A stretch of 64,000 nucleotides of DNA from Candidatus Freyarchaeum deiterrae (GCA_037305845.1 CP147778.1:3328001-3392000); one strand, 5' to 3'; shown: positions 19,423 to 29,808, numbered from the stretch's first letter. Made by a program: numbers and translations. Notes: generated by a model not told the origin, from the sequence alone.

Positions 19423-19579
19423 AAAGATTTCCCAGCCGTTTTCCATAGTCCAAAGTTTTGGACCGCAGTCATTAAACGGTTGGTGTAAGCGTAAAGCGAG
19501 TGGAGTAACCTCATTAGAAATTGGGTGGGAAGTCCTCTAAACTCAGGCAAAACAAATTCATAGAGGAAGCCGATTAGAT

Positions 19580-19960
19580 TTGGAAAGAGGAAAGAAGAAA
19601 ATCCTAGTAATAGACGACGACAAATCCATACTCGAAATCTTCAAACTCATCCTACAGAAAGAAGGATACAACACCGACACGGCAGAAACAGGAAAAGAAG
19701 CTTTAAACAAAATAGCTAAGGAACCATACGCCTTGGCATTAATAGATGTAAAGCTCCCAGATATGGACGGTACAGATTTATTACATACGATGAATGAAAC
19801 CAGGCCCAAAATGATAAAGATCATGGTAACAGGTTTTCCATCAGAAGAGAGCCAAATCAAAGCCTTAAACGGGGGAGCAGACGCCTACCTAGTGAAACCT
19901 GTAAACCCAAGGGATTTAATCAAAACCGTGAAAGAGAAACTGAAGGAACAGAAAGCTTAA
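19580..19960 (+). CDS. Stand-alone response regulator receiver (CheY-like)
   Basis: ILVIDDD, IDVKLPDMDG phospho-acceptor Asp, VTG, YLVKP. Confidence 0.92.
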   Translation: MERGKKKILVIDDDKSILEIFKLILQKEGYNTDTAETGKEALNKIAKEPYALALIDVKLPDMDGTDLLHTMNETRPKMIKIMVTGFPSEESQIKALNGGADAYLVKPVNPRDLIKTVKEKLKEQKA

Positions 19961-20066
19961 TCATCTCCAACAGATTTTAGCTTAGTTTCAACAATCGAAC
20001 TAGATGAAAACCTCAAACAATATCCGTTTTTTGAGTCTTAATCAGTGGTTAAGACGACCATAAGAG

Positions 20067-21059
20067 TTACGTAGTCAATCTGAATTGGAGAACAATATGG
20101 CCCCCATTTCTTTTGTGTTTGATTATGAATGTATTTAGTTCCGGAAGTTCGTTTAGCAGCATATCTTTAATTTTTTCTGTTTGCGGATTCGATTTTAGAA
20201 TAAGATTGAAGCTTTTCTCCGATATTTGAGGGTAATTGGAACTATGGGGATTTCCTTCGCTATGGACTTCAGCCATTATCCTTAATCTTGGTCTTATTGA
20301 TGCCCCTTCTACATCTCTTGAAGATGCTATTATTGTTTGGTCTGTGATTTCAGATAAGACTTTTTCAATCTGTTCTAAGGTTTTGCTGTCTATTTTCAAT
20401 TTTTTCTTTTTTATGTGGTTGTGGAAAATCTGATGAAATACTTGGTAAAGCAGATGATCTTTGGGGATAGTTTCAAAAAAGGAGCCATCAATAATTGAGA
20501 TCTTTGTTTTATTCTGGTTTTCGTTGTGGGTTCTTACCAAGTAGAAGCATCGCCTTTCGAACCTGTAGTATTTCCCTTCGGGGGATTTTCGATCTATGAT
20601 GCTGCTGATTCTTGAGACAAGGTTGCGTCCGTTAATTACATCTATCTCTTCAAGAGTCTTTGATTGAGTTGGTATGGTTGAATTGAATGACGCGATGCTT
20701 CCCCCTTTGGAATCCTTTAACTCGAGAATACAACCGCAAGTGAACTCGCTACCTGCCTCTTTGACTTTAAATATAAAATCTGGGAATTGCTGAGATTCTG
20801 AATATTTAAGATTCAAATCTACTTTTCTTTTTTTAAGAAGTTGATCGAGTTCCTCTTCCCCCAGTTCATCTCTTAATTCTTTCCAGAGATCAAAGCCATA
20901 CTTATTCAGGGCGTCCTTTCGATTATCAACATAAGCTAGGTTGCTTCCCTCAGACTTTAGAACTATTTCTTCAAGAGGGGAGCTGAGGTTAAATTCACCA
21001 TTTTTGAGGTTGCTTACTACCTGCATAAAGAAATCGGTTACGTCAGTAAATTCAATCAT
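20067..21059 (-). CDS. Putative type II restriction endonuclease (PD-(D/E)xK)
   Basis: FPDFIF...LELKDSK motif; overlaps the stop of the upstream MTase; start refined to ATG 21059. Confidence 0.65.
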   Translation of the reverse strand: MIEFTDVTDFFMQVVSNLKNGEFNLSSPLEEIVLKSEGSNLAYVDNRKDALNKYGFDLWKELRDELGEEELDQLLKKRKVDLNLKYSESQQFPDFIFKVKEAGSEFTCGCILELKDSKGGSIASFNSTIPTQSKTLEEIDVINGRNLVSRISSIIDRKSPEGKYYRFERRCFYLVRTHNENQNKTKISIIDGSFFETIPKDHLLYQVFHQIFHNHIKKKKLKIDSKTLEQIEKVLSEITDQTIIASSRDVEGASIRPRLRIMAEVHSEGNPHSSNYPQISEKSFNLILKSNPQTEKIKDMLLNELPELNTFIIKHKRNGGHIVLQFRLTT

Positions 21060-21909
21060 CGATGTATCTCTCCAAACCCTCAGTAAGCCATACTTCATCT
21101 AGGTTTGGTGTAAACCTATAATAGTTTCTATATTTCAGAATGTCGTCAGCGGAACTTTTTGTTTTTAACCTTTTCTTTACGACTTCAACATAGCTCGGGT
21201 CTATTTCAATACCTATTGACTTTCTCTTCAACTGGTGAGCAACAACTAGGGTAGTTCCACTTCCGGCAAACGGGTCAAAAACGGTGTCTCCTACACTTGT
21301 AGATGACAGGGTTATCCTTAACAACAACTCTATAGGGGACTGTTGTTCATGTACGCGTTTACCCTCTTCATCTCTTAAGGCTTCGTCCCCTGCAAAATAT
21401 CCTGACGTGAGCTCTCTAACATCATCCCAAACGTCAGTAAGGTAGATTCCATTAGGTCTCTTATGTTTGTGGTTTGGGCGGAGCGGGTAATCTATACGTA
21501 ACCTATTGAAAACTCTGGGTCTTTCTCCCTTAGTAGCAAAAATTATCACCTGGTAATGTTTTCCAAACCTGAAATTACCAGGTATAGCTGAGGTGAACTT
21601 CTTCCATATGATTAGGTTTTGATAATTCCATCCCGTTTCTTTTAAAACCTTCATCATCCAATCTACGTTCTTCTCCCTCTGCATAAAATAAATGGCTCCC
21701 CCATCCACTGTCGTTTCGTATATATGCTGTATAATCTCCTTCAACCAGCCCCAATAAACTTCTGGGTTTTGTTCATCATCAAAATACTTGTACTCTTTGC
21801 CTTGATTGAAGGGGGGGTCTAAGAATGTTAGACTAACATTTGGCACATTTCCCTGTTTAAGGTATGAAAGACAGTCTCCACAAATCACATCGTAATCTAG
21901 TGAATTCAT
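21052..21909 (-). CDS. Site-specific DNA methyltransferase, N4/N6 beta class
   Basis: GDCL, DPPF motif IV, DPFAGSGTT motif I. Confidence 0.92.
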   Translation of the reverse strand: MNSLDYDVICGDCLSYLKQGNVPNVSLTFLDPPFNQGKEYKYFDDEQNPEVYWGWLKEIIQHIYETTVDGGAIYFMQREKNVDWMMKVLKETGWNYQNLIIWKKFTSAIPGNFRFGKHYQVIIFATKGERPRVFNRLRIDYPLRPNHKHKRPNGIYLTDVWDDVRELTSGYFAGDEALRDEEGKRVHEQQSPIELLLRITLSSTSVGDTVFDPFAGSGTTLVVAHQLKRKSIGIEIDPSYVEVVKKRLKTKSSADDILKYRNYYRFTPNLDEVWLTEGLERYIDD

Positions 21910-22348
21910 TTTAAACCCCTTAAACCTTTAATGCGTCCCAACTTTTCATATGTTTATACTTCTTGAATATCTTTTAAATCATCCCTTATTTATTTTGCTT
22001 CCTTAAGCACGCACTCAGGTATCTCACGTAAGGAAGTTGTGGATTTCATCCTCTTTGATTCTTAAGATTCGATTCCAAGAACTTGTTTCACCACCATTCT
22101 TTCAAAAAAGTATTAAAACCCTATTTTTTCAACCTTTTTGCTTCAATATGCAGAGTTGAATTAGTAAGAAGCCGGTAAATAATAAGAGAACTGTTAATAT
22201 TCGAGTAAAATAGTGGGCTCATTTAGTATATGTTTAAATTCATTGGTAGGAAAGTTTAGGTTTGATGAGAAACTTTTGATAGAGAGAGGAGATTAATGGG
22301 TAAAAAATTTCTTGGAAGAATAAACTTGTTTTCGGTGATTGTCAAAAC

Positions 22349-23179
22349 ATGAAGGAATTAGAGGCGAATAGTATTCATTTGGTGGTAACTTCTCCTCCCT
22401 ATTTTAATGCTCCTTTCGATTATCCGGGTCTTTTTGAAAGTTATCAGAAATTTTTAGAATTGATTCGTAATTTGGCAAAGGAATTGAAACGGGTTCTTGA
22501 CGATGCGCGTGTAGCTGCTTTTGTAGTTGATGACACACTGATAGATAGAGTAAAATATCCTGTTGTTGCGGACATCACAAAAATACTCGCAGGAGAAGGA
22601 TTCAAGTACCTGTATCAAATTATCTGGGTTAAGCCGGAAGGATACATTCGCATAAGCAAGAGGAGCGGCGTTTTGCTACAACATCCTTATCCGATGTACT
22701 ACTACCCGGACAACCTTCAAGAGTCCATCCTCATTTTTCAGAACGGCGAATTCGACTACAAATCCATTCCAAGAGGCGTGAAAACAAAATCCAGAATAGA
22801 TACAGAAGAATTTAAAAAAAATAAATGGTATTTGAGCGTGTGGAAAATAACGAATGTCCTACCGATAAGGAACAGATTGGAGAAGGGTATAGCAGCTTTT
22901 CCCCAAGAAATCCCGTATCGCTTAATAAAACTATTCTCCTATAGAGATGAAGTTGTTTTGGATTCGTTTATAGGTTCGGGAACAACATTAAAAGTTGCCT
23001 ATGAACTTGGAAGAAGATGCATGTGCTACGAGATTGATTTAGAACTATCAGAGGTAATTAAGGAAAAGTTGGGTTTTAATCAGCCCAATCTTTTCGGTCA
23101 AAAGCTCTCCGATTTTTTCGAGATAATAGTAAGAGAAGACACCAAACATTTAAGAACTAAGCCTTCAGGCCTCAGTTAA
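22349..23179 (+). CDS. Site-specific DNA methyltransferase (N4-cytosine, beta class); N-terminus possibly frameshifted
   Basis: TSPPY motif IV, DSFIGSGTT motif I; in-frame upstream NKLVFGDC is cut off from ATG 22296 by an A6 tract. Confidence 0.85.
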   Translation: MKELEANSIHLVVTSPPYFNAPFDYPGLFESYQKFLELIRNLAKELKRVLDDARVAAFVVDDTLIDRVKYPVVADITKILAGEGFKYLYQIIWVKPEGYIRISKRSGVLLQHPYPMYYYPDNLQESILIFQNGEFDYKSIPRGVKTKSRIDTEEFKKNKWYLSVWKITNVLPIRNRLEKGIAAFPQEIPYRLIKLFSYRDEVVLDSFIGSGTTLKVAYELGRRCMCYEIDLELSEVIKEKLGFNQPNLFGQKLSDFFEIIVREDTKHLRTKPSGLS

Positions 23180-23204
23180 AAAAAGCCTACGAGATGAATG
23201 AAAG

Positions 23205-24272
23205 TTGCTGGACATTTATGCTAACACTACAGGGTTATCATATACGCCATTTCTTTGCAGAGAATTAGATTCCTTCAATTTTGATCAGTTAGGTATAGCA
23301 TTATCGGGAACCGCAACATTTAAACTTTTAAAAGAATGCCACAAAATCGTGGTTAGCTGGTGGGATTCTACAAAAAGAACTGGTTCCTATCCTTACGCAA
23401 GAGTTTACGATTCGCTAAATTTTGCGGGGAAACGAGTAACAATTATACCCATACTTAAGGATGAGGGCAAAAATGGGAATAGGTACCATCTGAAATGGGA
23501 CACGATTTCCTTGATGGGTTTACTGGGAGTTTATGTAATTATATCCTACTACAAAAGTGCCTCTAAAAATCCAAGGTTTAGAGATAAAATAATTAGACAA
23601 AGTTTTGATATTGAGCACATTAAATCAGAAATAGGTAAACTTCTTTTCTATCAATCTGATGCACTGCGTTGGAATCTATCACAAGTAGATAAGGTTGGAG
23701 AGCTTAGTAAAAGAGCTTTAAACTCTTATAATGAGATTTCGAGAAAGCTCGGTGTTGAAATACACTCATCTGCTTCTGCTTTAAAGAGGATCGAATTGCT
23801 CAGTGAAGGCAAAGAAGCTTTCATGAACCTTTCAAGGAATCTAGCCAAGGAAGCCCAGATGAGTGAAAGTTCCACCATTCAACCCAAAGAAAAATTGGAG
23901 GAAGCCAAAGCTAAACTCACAATCAAAAATTACATCGGAGGCTACTACTATCTCACCTGTGATGAAGTTGAAATACACGGAAAAACAGTCTATCTTATAG
24001 AGGGAAAACATACTAGAGTTGCTAGACTTCCCTCTCTCGGTGCCATAAAGGATGGGCTTTTGAGAATGATGCTTTACACAAATTTAAAGAACGTAACAAT
24101 TAACGAAAAAAAGTACAACCATATACCAATTTTAAAACTCACGACGGAAGAGGGCTTCAATATCGAGTCGCTAAGCGAGAGGCAAAGAGAAACATTAGAA
24201 ATACTAGTGAAAGAGGCAAATGCTAACGGATTTCGCGTTTTAATAAATAATCACGATTTTGTTACATTTTGA
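23205..24272 (+). CDS. Putative restriction endonuclease (PD-(D/E)xK-like)
   Basis: Directly downstream of an MTase; CDEV...LIEGK motif. Confidence 0.55.
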   Translation: MLDIYANTTGLSYTPFLCRELDSFNFDQLGIALSGTATFKLLKECHKIVVSWWDSTKRTGSYPYARVYDSLNFAGKRVTIIPILKDEGKNGNRYHLKWDTISLMGLLGVYVIISYYKSASKNPRFRDKIIRQSFDIEHIKSEIGKLLFYQSDALRWNLSQVDKVGELSKRALNSYNEISRKLGVEIHSSASALKRIELLSEGKEAFMNLSRNLAKEAQMSESSTIQPKEKLEEAKAKLTIKNYIGGYYYLTCDEVEIHGKTVYLIEGKHTRVARLPSLGAIKDGLLRMMLYTNLKNVTINEKKYNHIPILKLTTEEGFNIESLSERQRETLEILVKEANANGFRVLINNHDFVTF

Positions 24273-24385
24273 TATATATCATAATATCACAATTTCTCTA
24301 ATTAGGAACATATTCCCTTTATAACGGAGAAAGTATACCATCACATAACTCGGGTTTAAAGAAATCAATTAATGAAGAGGGTTTT

Positions 24386-24568
24386 TTAGCTTCTTACCAT
24401 CTTAGCTTCGCACTTGGGGCATTTAACCTCGCCGGGTGACTCACCCTCTTCGAGTGGCACCGTTTCCCCACAGCACATACACACAGCTAACCCTCCCGGA
24501 CCTACAACGCGGGTGGGTCCCCTAGGGCAACTTACTTTGGTTTCCTTACTCTTTCCTTTTCGGCTCAT
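24386..24568 (-). CDS. Small zinc-ribbon protein
   Basis: GPGG..VCMCCGE...KCPKCEAKMVR; GAGGAG SD upstream. Confidence 0.7.
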   Translation of the reverse strand: MSRKGKSKETKVSCPRGPTRVVGPGGLAVCMCCGETVPLEEGESPGEVKCPKCEAKMVRS

Positions 24569-24827
24569 GAACTTTATCTCCTCAAGATTCTTTATCTTCC
24601 CTTTACCTCTTTATTCATTATTCATATTATTGGTTTGAACTTAAACCGAACTCAACATGTTTAATAACATTGCTGTTAATATCAGAGATTGGTATAAAAT
24701 AAATATTCCCCTTATATCTCTTTGATGGAATTGGTGGTCTATTGACGCTTTTAGTGCTTGGAGATGGGTGATGGATAGGGCGTGTTCTTTTAAAAGAATT
24801 CAAAAAAATTTGTGGGAGAGAGTATAG

Positions 24828-25409
24828 ATGGCTGTTTTTGAAGTAGTGATCAGGGACTTCGCTGATAGGATTAAACTTTTTTTAAAGTATTTCGACTACA
24901 TAATAAACCATTCAGATCTAGAAGTTATTAAGATAGGGATGTCAGAATGGGTTCTGAATGGAGACGTGGGCTATTCGAGAGGTAGAGTATCTGTTACTCC
25001 AATGGGGAATAACGTTGTTTGTAGGGTGACAACATGGGAAAATTACGCTTTTCCGACTGTAGAAAAGGCTGTAAGAAATGCTATAGATAATGCGAAAAGA
25101 GTAATCATAGCCGAAACTCCCGAACCCATTACGCCGAGCACAAGTATGACGAAACTCATGGACTGCCCGGCATGCGGCAGAGCCTTATACCGGGAGGTGA
25201 CTTTCTGTCCTTTCTGCGGTTCAAAAATGGAGAAGTGTACAGTCTGCAAACTTATCATCGAAAAAGACCAGGAAATCGTCAGATGTCCTTATTGCAACGG
25301 ATTAGCGCACAAAGACCACATTCTAGAATATGTTAAAGTAAAGGGACGATGTCCCAGCTGTAGAAACGCTTTAAGAAAAGAAATATTGCTATTCGCTAAG
25401 AGAACCTGA
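24828..25409 (+). CDS. Zinc-ribbon plus RING-finger-like protein
   Basis: CPAC/CPFC ribbon, then CTVC-x12-CPYC-x4-HKDH-x10-CPSC RING-type pattern. Confidence 0.7.
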   Translation: MAVFEVVIRDFADRIKLFLKYFDYIINHSDLEVIKIGMSEWVLNGDVGYSRGRVSVTPMGNNVVCRVTTWENYAFPTVEKAVRNAIDNAKRVIIAETPEPITPSTSMTKLMDCPACGRALYREVTFCPFCGSKMEKCTVCKLIIEKDQEIVRCPYCNGLAHKDHILEYVKVKGRCPSCRNALRKEILLFAKRT

Positions 25410-25623
25410 GATTCATCCTTTTTATTAGTTCTACGCATTTTATATCCGACGAAGACTTTATACTTTTTATAATTGAATAATGATAAGTCGAATCTCGATC
25501 TCTTATGGAACAAGGAGTAAGAATGTCTAAGCTGGGAAAAACAGTTAAAACCTTTAAAGCAGTACTATTTCAAAGAAACCTTTATGAGGAAAAAGAACTC
25601 TGTATGGCGGAAGGGGATCTTAA

Positions 25624-26046
25624 GTGCTTTCCGAATCGGAAACGTTTAGTATTGTAAAAGCTTTCAGAGAAGAGTTTAAGGACAGTTTGATTTCTCTTGT
25701 GCTCTTCGGCTCTTTTGCACAGGGTAGAGCAAGACCCACGAGTGACGTAGACGTCCTAGCAGTTATCCAAGAGGACTATTCCTATATGGAGAAGAGAGTT
25801 ATTGAGGTTGATACCGATTTAACGTGGCTTCTAAAGCGTTCGGTTCGTTGCTTGCCCTTCACACCCGACGACTTCACATTCATGATTGAGGAGAGATTCC
25901 CGCTGATTCTTGGAGTAGCCTCAGGCTACAAGGTTCTCTTTGATACTTCAGAATTTTTTGAGAAGCAAATTCAAGAAATATTTAAAGATGTAGAAACGGG
26001 GAAAATTAAGTACTATCAGAGAAGCGGCATATGGGTGGTGAAATGA
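25624..26046 (+). CDS. Minimal nucleotidyltransferase (MNT antitoxin)
   Basis: LFGSFAQG...SDVDVL motif; ATGA overlap with the HEPN gene. Confidence 0.88.
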   Translation: MLSESETFSIVKAFREEFKDSLISLVLFGSFAQGRARPTSDVDVLAVIQEDYSYMEKRVIEVDTDLTWLLKRSVRCLPFTPDDFTFMIEERFPLILGVASGYKVLFDTSEFFEKQIQEIFKDVETGKIKYYQRSGIWVVK

Positions 26047-26498
26047 CTTCTGACTTAACAATCAAATTAGCGAATGAGCTAATCGAAGAAGCTAAAATTG
26101 ACTTGCTAGCAGCTAGGGAACTACTTAAACAAGAGTTCTTCCACAAGGTGGTTTTCGAAGCACAACAGTGCGTTGAGAAGGCTATGAAGGCGGCACTCGC
26201 CTACGAGGGCCTAACTCAGGTATTTGAACATGATGTAGCAGCCCTTTTTGCCGCTGAAGTAATAACCCACGCTCCTCAAAGTTGGATGGAAGAACTCAGA
26301 AACGTTTTCCGTGAAACGTCTTGGCTTATGGAGCAGTACACAGCAACCCGATACCCCGCAATCAGGGCTAGAACAGTAGTTTCTCCCCGAAAATCGTACA
26401 AAGAGGACGAGGCGAAAGACGCTATTAAATACGCCGAGTCGACTCTAAACAGAATAGAAAACTACATACAACAAGTGACTAGCAAAAGAAACCAATGA
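26043..26498 (+). CDS. HEPN domain protein
   Basis: AQQCVEKAMKA, HDV, YTATRYP motifs. Confidence 0.88.
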   Translation: MTSDLTIKLANELIEEAKIDLLAARELLKQEFFHKVVFEAQQCVEKAMKAALAYEGLTQVFEHDVAALFAAEVITHAPQSWMEELRNVFRETSWLMEQYTATRYPAIRARTVVSPRKSYKEDEAKDAIKYAESTLNRIENYIQQVTSKRNQ

Positions 26499-26683
26499 CT
26501 ACCTCCAACAACTTTAACCGAAGTAAACTCATCCTACCATTAATCCTTTCTCTTGGCAGTTATTGAGACTTGCGAAATTCCTTACTAACCTTTAAGAAAC
26601 AATTATTGTTAGTTGAAAAGGTTTAATGAGTAATCTATACTCTATTAGTTTGGTATTGATTGTTTTTATGGCGGGGTTAGTTA

Positions 26684-27529
26684 ATGGAATCGGGTTTTGA
26701 GTTCCTTCCCTCTGGGGTCAGAACTTATCTGGAGAAGATTTTTTCTCTGCTTTTTTCCTACTTGGGAAAGAATAATGTTGCGGCTTTCTACGTTTTTGGA
26801 AGTGTTATTAGTGAGGAATACTGTGAGAGCAGCGATTGTGATTTGTTAATTGTGCTAGATGATGCGGTCACTTCGAAGCAGATTAGGTATGTCAAAGGTT
26901 TATTAAAGAGCCTCGAGGTTAAGTACGGACTTTGCTCGATGGATTCTTCAATTCTGGGAAGAATTCTGAAGGCAGTAGAGAGAAGTACGGGCATGTTTGA
27001 GTCTCATTTTGTTTGCAGGAAAAGCGATTTATTAAAAGCCAGTTTCACCCGGGTCTTTTCCACGAACCGTTTAATGTCGAAACTATTGGCACCCTCCTCC
27101 ATAGTGTTCGGAAGTGTTCTCAGTAGTGTGAGGAAAGTATACGGACAAGATGTCTTGAAAGAAGCTGTGGTACCGAAACCTACCCTGTTCACAGTGCTCA
27201 AAAGCCTAGCTATGAATTTATTCCTAAGCCTCTCCACTCTCATCCTTTACCCCTTTACTTCAAAAGCGAACAAATACGAAATGGAGGCTGCTAAGTGGAG
27301 TATACTAGCATCTAACTATTACCTGAAGAAAAGTAGCCCCGGACTAATTGAAGCCCTAAAATTTATAAAAAGCCTAGGCGTGTCGGAATCCTACTTCAAA
27401 CATTTCCTTCGGCTGAGAAATAATTACCAGAACGATATAAAATTCGGACTAGCCACACCAATATATGTTTTGAAAATACATGCCAAAGCACTTGGCTACA
27501 GTAAGAACATAATCAGAAAGTTTATCTAA
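26684..27529 (+). CDS. Nucleotidyltransferase-domain protein
   Basis: VFGSV...SDCDLLIVL pol-beta NTase motif. Confidence 0.7.
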   Translation: MESGFEFLPSGVRTYLEKIFSLLFSYLGKNNVAAFYVFGSVISEEYCESSDCDLLIVLDDAVTSKQIRYVKGLLKSLEVKYGLCSMDSSILGRILKAVERSTGMFESHFVCRKSDLLKASFTRVFSTNRLMSKLLAPSSIVFGSVLSSVRKVYGQDVLKEAVVPKPTLFTVLKSLAMNLFLSLSTLILYPFTSKANKYEMEAAKWSILASNYYLKKSSPGLIEALKFIKSLGVSESYFKHFLRLRNNYQNDIKFGLATPIYVLKIHAKALGYSKNIIRKFI

Positions 27530-27616
27530 CAGAAAATTTTATAGAAAAAGTCATTTGCTCCTCCTAAAAAGGAGGAATGCTTGATCAGTATACGCATCTC
27601 ATAGCGCAGGTAGAAT

Positions 27617-28348
27617 TTATAGTTCTAGAATTTCTCTCATATTTTGTCCGAGTATCTTTTTCTTCGTTTCTCGGGTTATTCCTGGTATAAAGTCAAATTT
27701 CTCAATTTCAAGTTTCTGAGGTGTGTAGGGAGAATCTGAGCCTGCGACCAATTTTTCTGCTCCCAGCTTCTGGAGTGCTTCTTCTAGTAAGTTAATTTTA
27801 AACATTCCAGCAGTACCGAGATGGACATTGTCAAATCTTTTCGCCACTTCTAGGTAATTATCGCCTCTCATATGACCTAAGATAATTTTTGCTTTTGGAA
27901 CTTGCTCTGCAAGTTTTCCAATTTTCTCAGGTGGTGAAAGTTCTTTTCCAGAATCAAAGATTACTGGTATCTCTAGTTCAGAAGCTCTTTTGATAATCCG
28001 TAAAACATAAGGATTATCCAAGGAAAAGTTTTGGCTAGTGGGATGCAGCTTTACTCCCCTCAGCCCTAATTTATTTACAGCCCGATCCAGCTCTTGGACT
28101 GCTCTATCTCCATAGTTGGGGTCAAGCCTAGCGAACCCAATGAGTCTTTCAGGGTATTTTTTCACCGCCGCTGCAATGTAATCGTTCGCTAGCGAAAAGG
28201 AGACTCCCGGATTGATTTCGTTGAAGGGAAAGATAACCGATTGGTCTATACCTACTTTGTGCATATTCGCTACGATTTCTTCGGGTGATTGCTTCATTTT
28301 ATCTCCCTTGTCTGGTCCTCCGACATGATTATGGGCATCAATAACCAT
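27617..28348 (-). CDS. Amidohydrolase family protein
   Basis: IDAHNH, GVKLHP, GHM, GSDSPY. Confidence 0.88.
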   Translation of the reverse strand: MVIDAHNHVGGPDKGDKMKQSPEEIVANMHKVGIDQSVIFPFNEINPGVSFSLANDYIAAAVKKYPERLIGFARLDPNYGDRAVQELDRAVNKLGLRGVKLHPTSQNFSLDNPYVLRIIKRASELEIPVIFDSGKELSPPEKIGKLAEQVPKAKIILGHMRGDNYLEVAKRFDNVHLGTAGMFKINLLEEALQKLGAEKLVAGSDSPYTPQKLEIEKFDFIPGITRETKKKILGQNMREILEL

Positions 28349-28443
28349 CCCTACTGCCCCCTTCTAGATTCTAATTAATTAAAAGTAGTTGGTATGTAAA
28401 TACCTTTCCTTCTAAACGCTGGATGCCCAATCAGCATTTAGGT

Positions 28444-29808
28444 TTAAACATTGGAATGGTCTAATTCTAATCCCATGTCTTGAAGGATCTTTACGAATTC
28501 TTCCTCTTTTAGGGAGGCTTTCCTGCCTTCTTCGTAGATTTCTTTAATCCTTTGCACCACTGCATCGACTTGTTCTTCGTTTAATGTTCTTCCCAGAATC
28601 ATCTTTATCTTGTGACCAATTATCGCTTTTCCGGATTGTTTGCCGATAGTGAGTCTTCTTGTACATCCTACCAGTTCCGGAGGGAACGGTTCATAGGTGA
28701 CTGGATTTTTTAGGACCCCGTGTGTGTGAATTCCGGATTCGTGAGCGAAAGCATAGTCACCCACAATCGCCTTATTCGGGGGAATCACCGCACCTGAGGC
28801 GTAACTGATGAAGTCTGCGATTTCCTTAAGCATCCCCAGCGACGCTTCGTATTTCTTAACGCCGTAATGCATATATAGATTCATTATGATTTTTTCAGTT
28901 TCGGCGTTCCCAGATCTTTCGCCAATTCCTAGGAAGGTTGTGCTAACGTAGAATCTTTCGAAAAGACCTGAGGCAGCCCTAAGGGCGGCTAAAGTGTTTT
29001 CCACAGCGTTTCCCAAGTCGTCATGGGCGTGGATTTCGACCTCATTAATCTTCGTCTCTTCTTTTATCTTCCTTATCTTAAGGGGAATTCCATTAGGTAG
29101 AGATGCTTCTGGGCTGGATAATCCGATGCCAACTGTGTCGCAGATTCTGTAGACCTCTGCTCCAGCATCAGCTACCGCGTTTATGAAACTTCTCTCAAAT
29201 TCCCAACTTGCCCGGGTGCTGTCCTCTCCGTGAACGAATACCTTAAGCCCGTGATCTTTGGATGCGTACTCCACGGTGTCCACAACTCTTGCTAGAATCT
29301 CTTCTTCGGCTAATTCTGGCCATTTGGTTTTTAAGTGGATGTGGGATACTGGGTGAGAGATCCCCACCTCGTTGAAGTCGCATTTCAACGCGTTGTCTAT
29401 ATCCTCTTTTACAGCTCTGCACCAGCCAGCAAGTCTGGCGTTTAAGCCCATGTCTTGAATTAACTTTACAGCCTTCTGATCCTGTTTTTGAAAGTGGTGT
29501 AGCTCTAGTCTTTCAACTCCAAAGTTGTCTAGTAGACGAGCGATGTGGGCGGTGTGTTCCGGAGACACTGCTATTCCAGGCATCTGAACTCCGTCTCTGA
29601 GGGTTGTATCGTCGATGATGGGCTCTACTTTCAAGGATAATTTAGGAAAACAAAATTCAGTTTCACCATTACTATAACTTCGGGATTTTATGCCCGTGTT
29701 CTCATTAACACCGAGAGATTCTTCCACGGATGTAACAGAATCTACTCGTTTGATGCCGGTGTTGTACCTGCTTTCAGGCTTTAAATCGGGCATTTCTTTG
29801 TCCACCAT
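28444..29808 (-). CDS. Homocitrate/isopropylmalate/Re-citrate synthase family (DRE-TIM) enzyme
   Basis: DTTLRDGVQ, HAHDDLG, GERSGNA, HESGIH; no C-terminal regulatory domain; start refined to ATG 29808 (AGGTGA SD). Confidence 0.85.
   Translation of the reverse strand: MVDKEMPDLKPESRYNTGIKRVDSVTSVEESLGVNENTGIKSRSYSNGETEFCFPKLSLKVEPIIDDTTLRDGVQMPGIAVSPEHTAHIARLLDNFGVERLELHHFQKQDQKAVKLIQDMGLNARLAGWCRAVKEDIDNALKCDFNEVGISHPVSHIHLKTKWPELAEEEILARVVDTVEYASKDHGLKVFVHGEDSTRASWEFERSFINAVADAGAEVYRICDTVGIGLSSPEASLPNGIPLKIRKIKEETKINEVEIHAHDDLGNAVENTLAALRAASGLFERFYVSTTFLGIGERSGNAETEKIIMNLYMHYGVKKYEASLGMLKEIADFISYASGAVIPPNKAIVGDYAFAHESGIHTHGVLKNPVTYEPFPPELVGCTRRLTIGKQSGKAIIGHKIKMILGRTLNEEQVDAVVQRIKEIYEEGRKASLKEEEFVKILQDMGLELDHSNV

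Noticed and set aside
19432-19490. H/ACA guide RNA or known riboswitch
   Set aside because: No ACA box or K-turn and no recognisable riboswitch consensus; kept only as a generic structured leader
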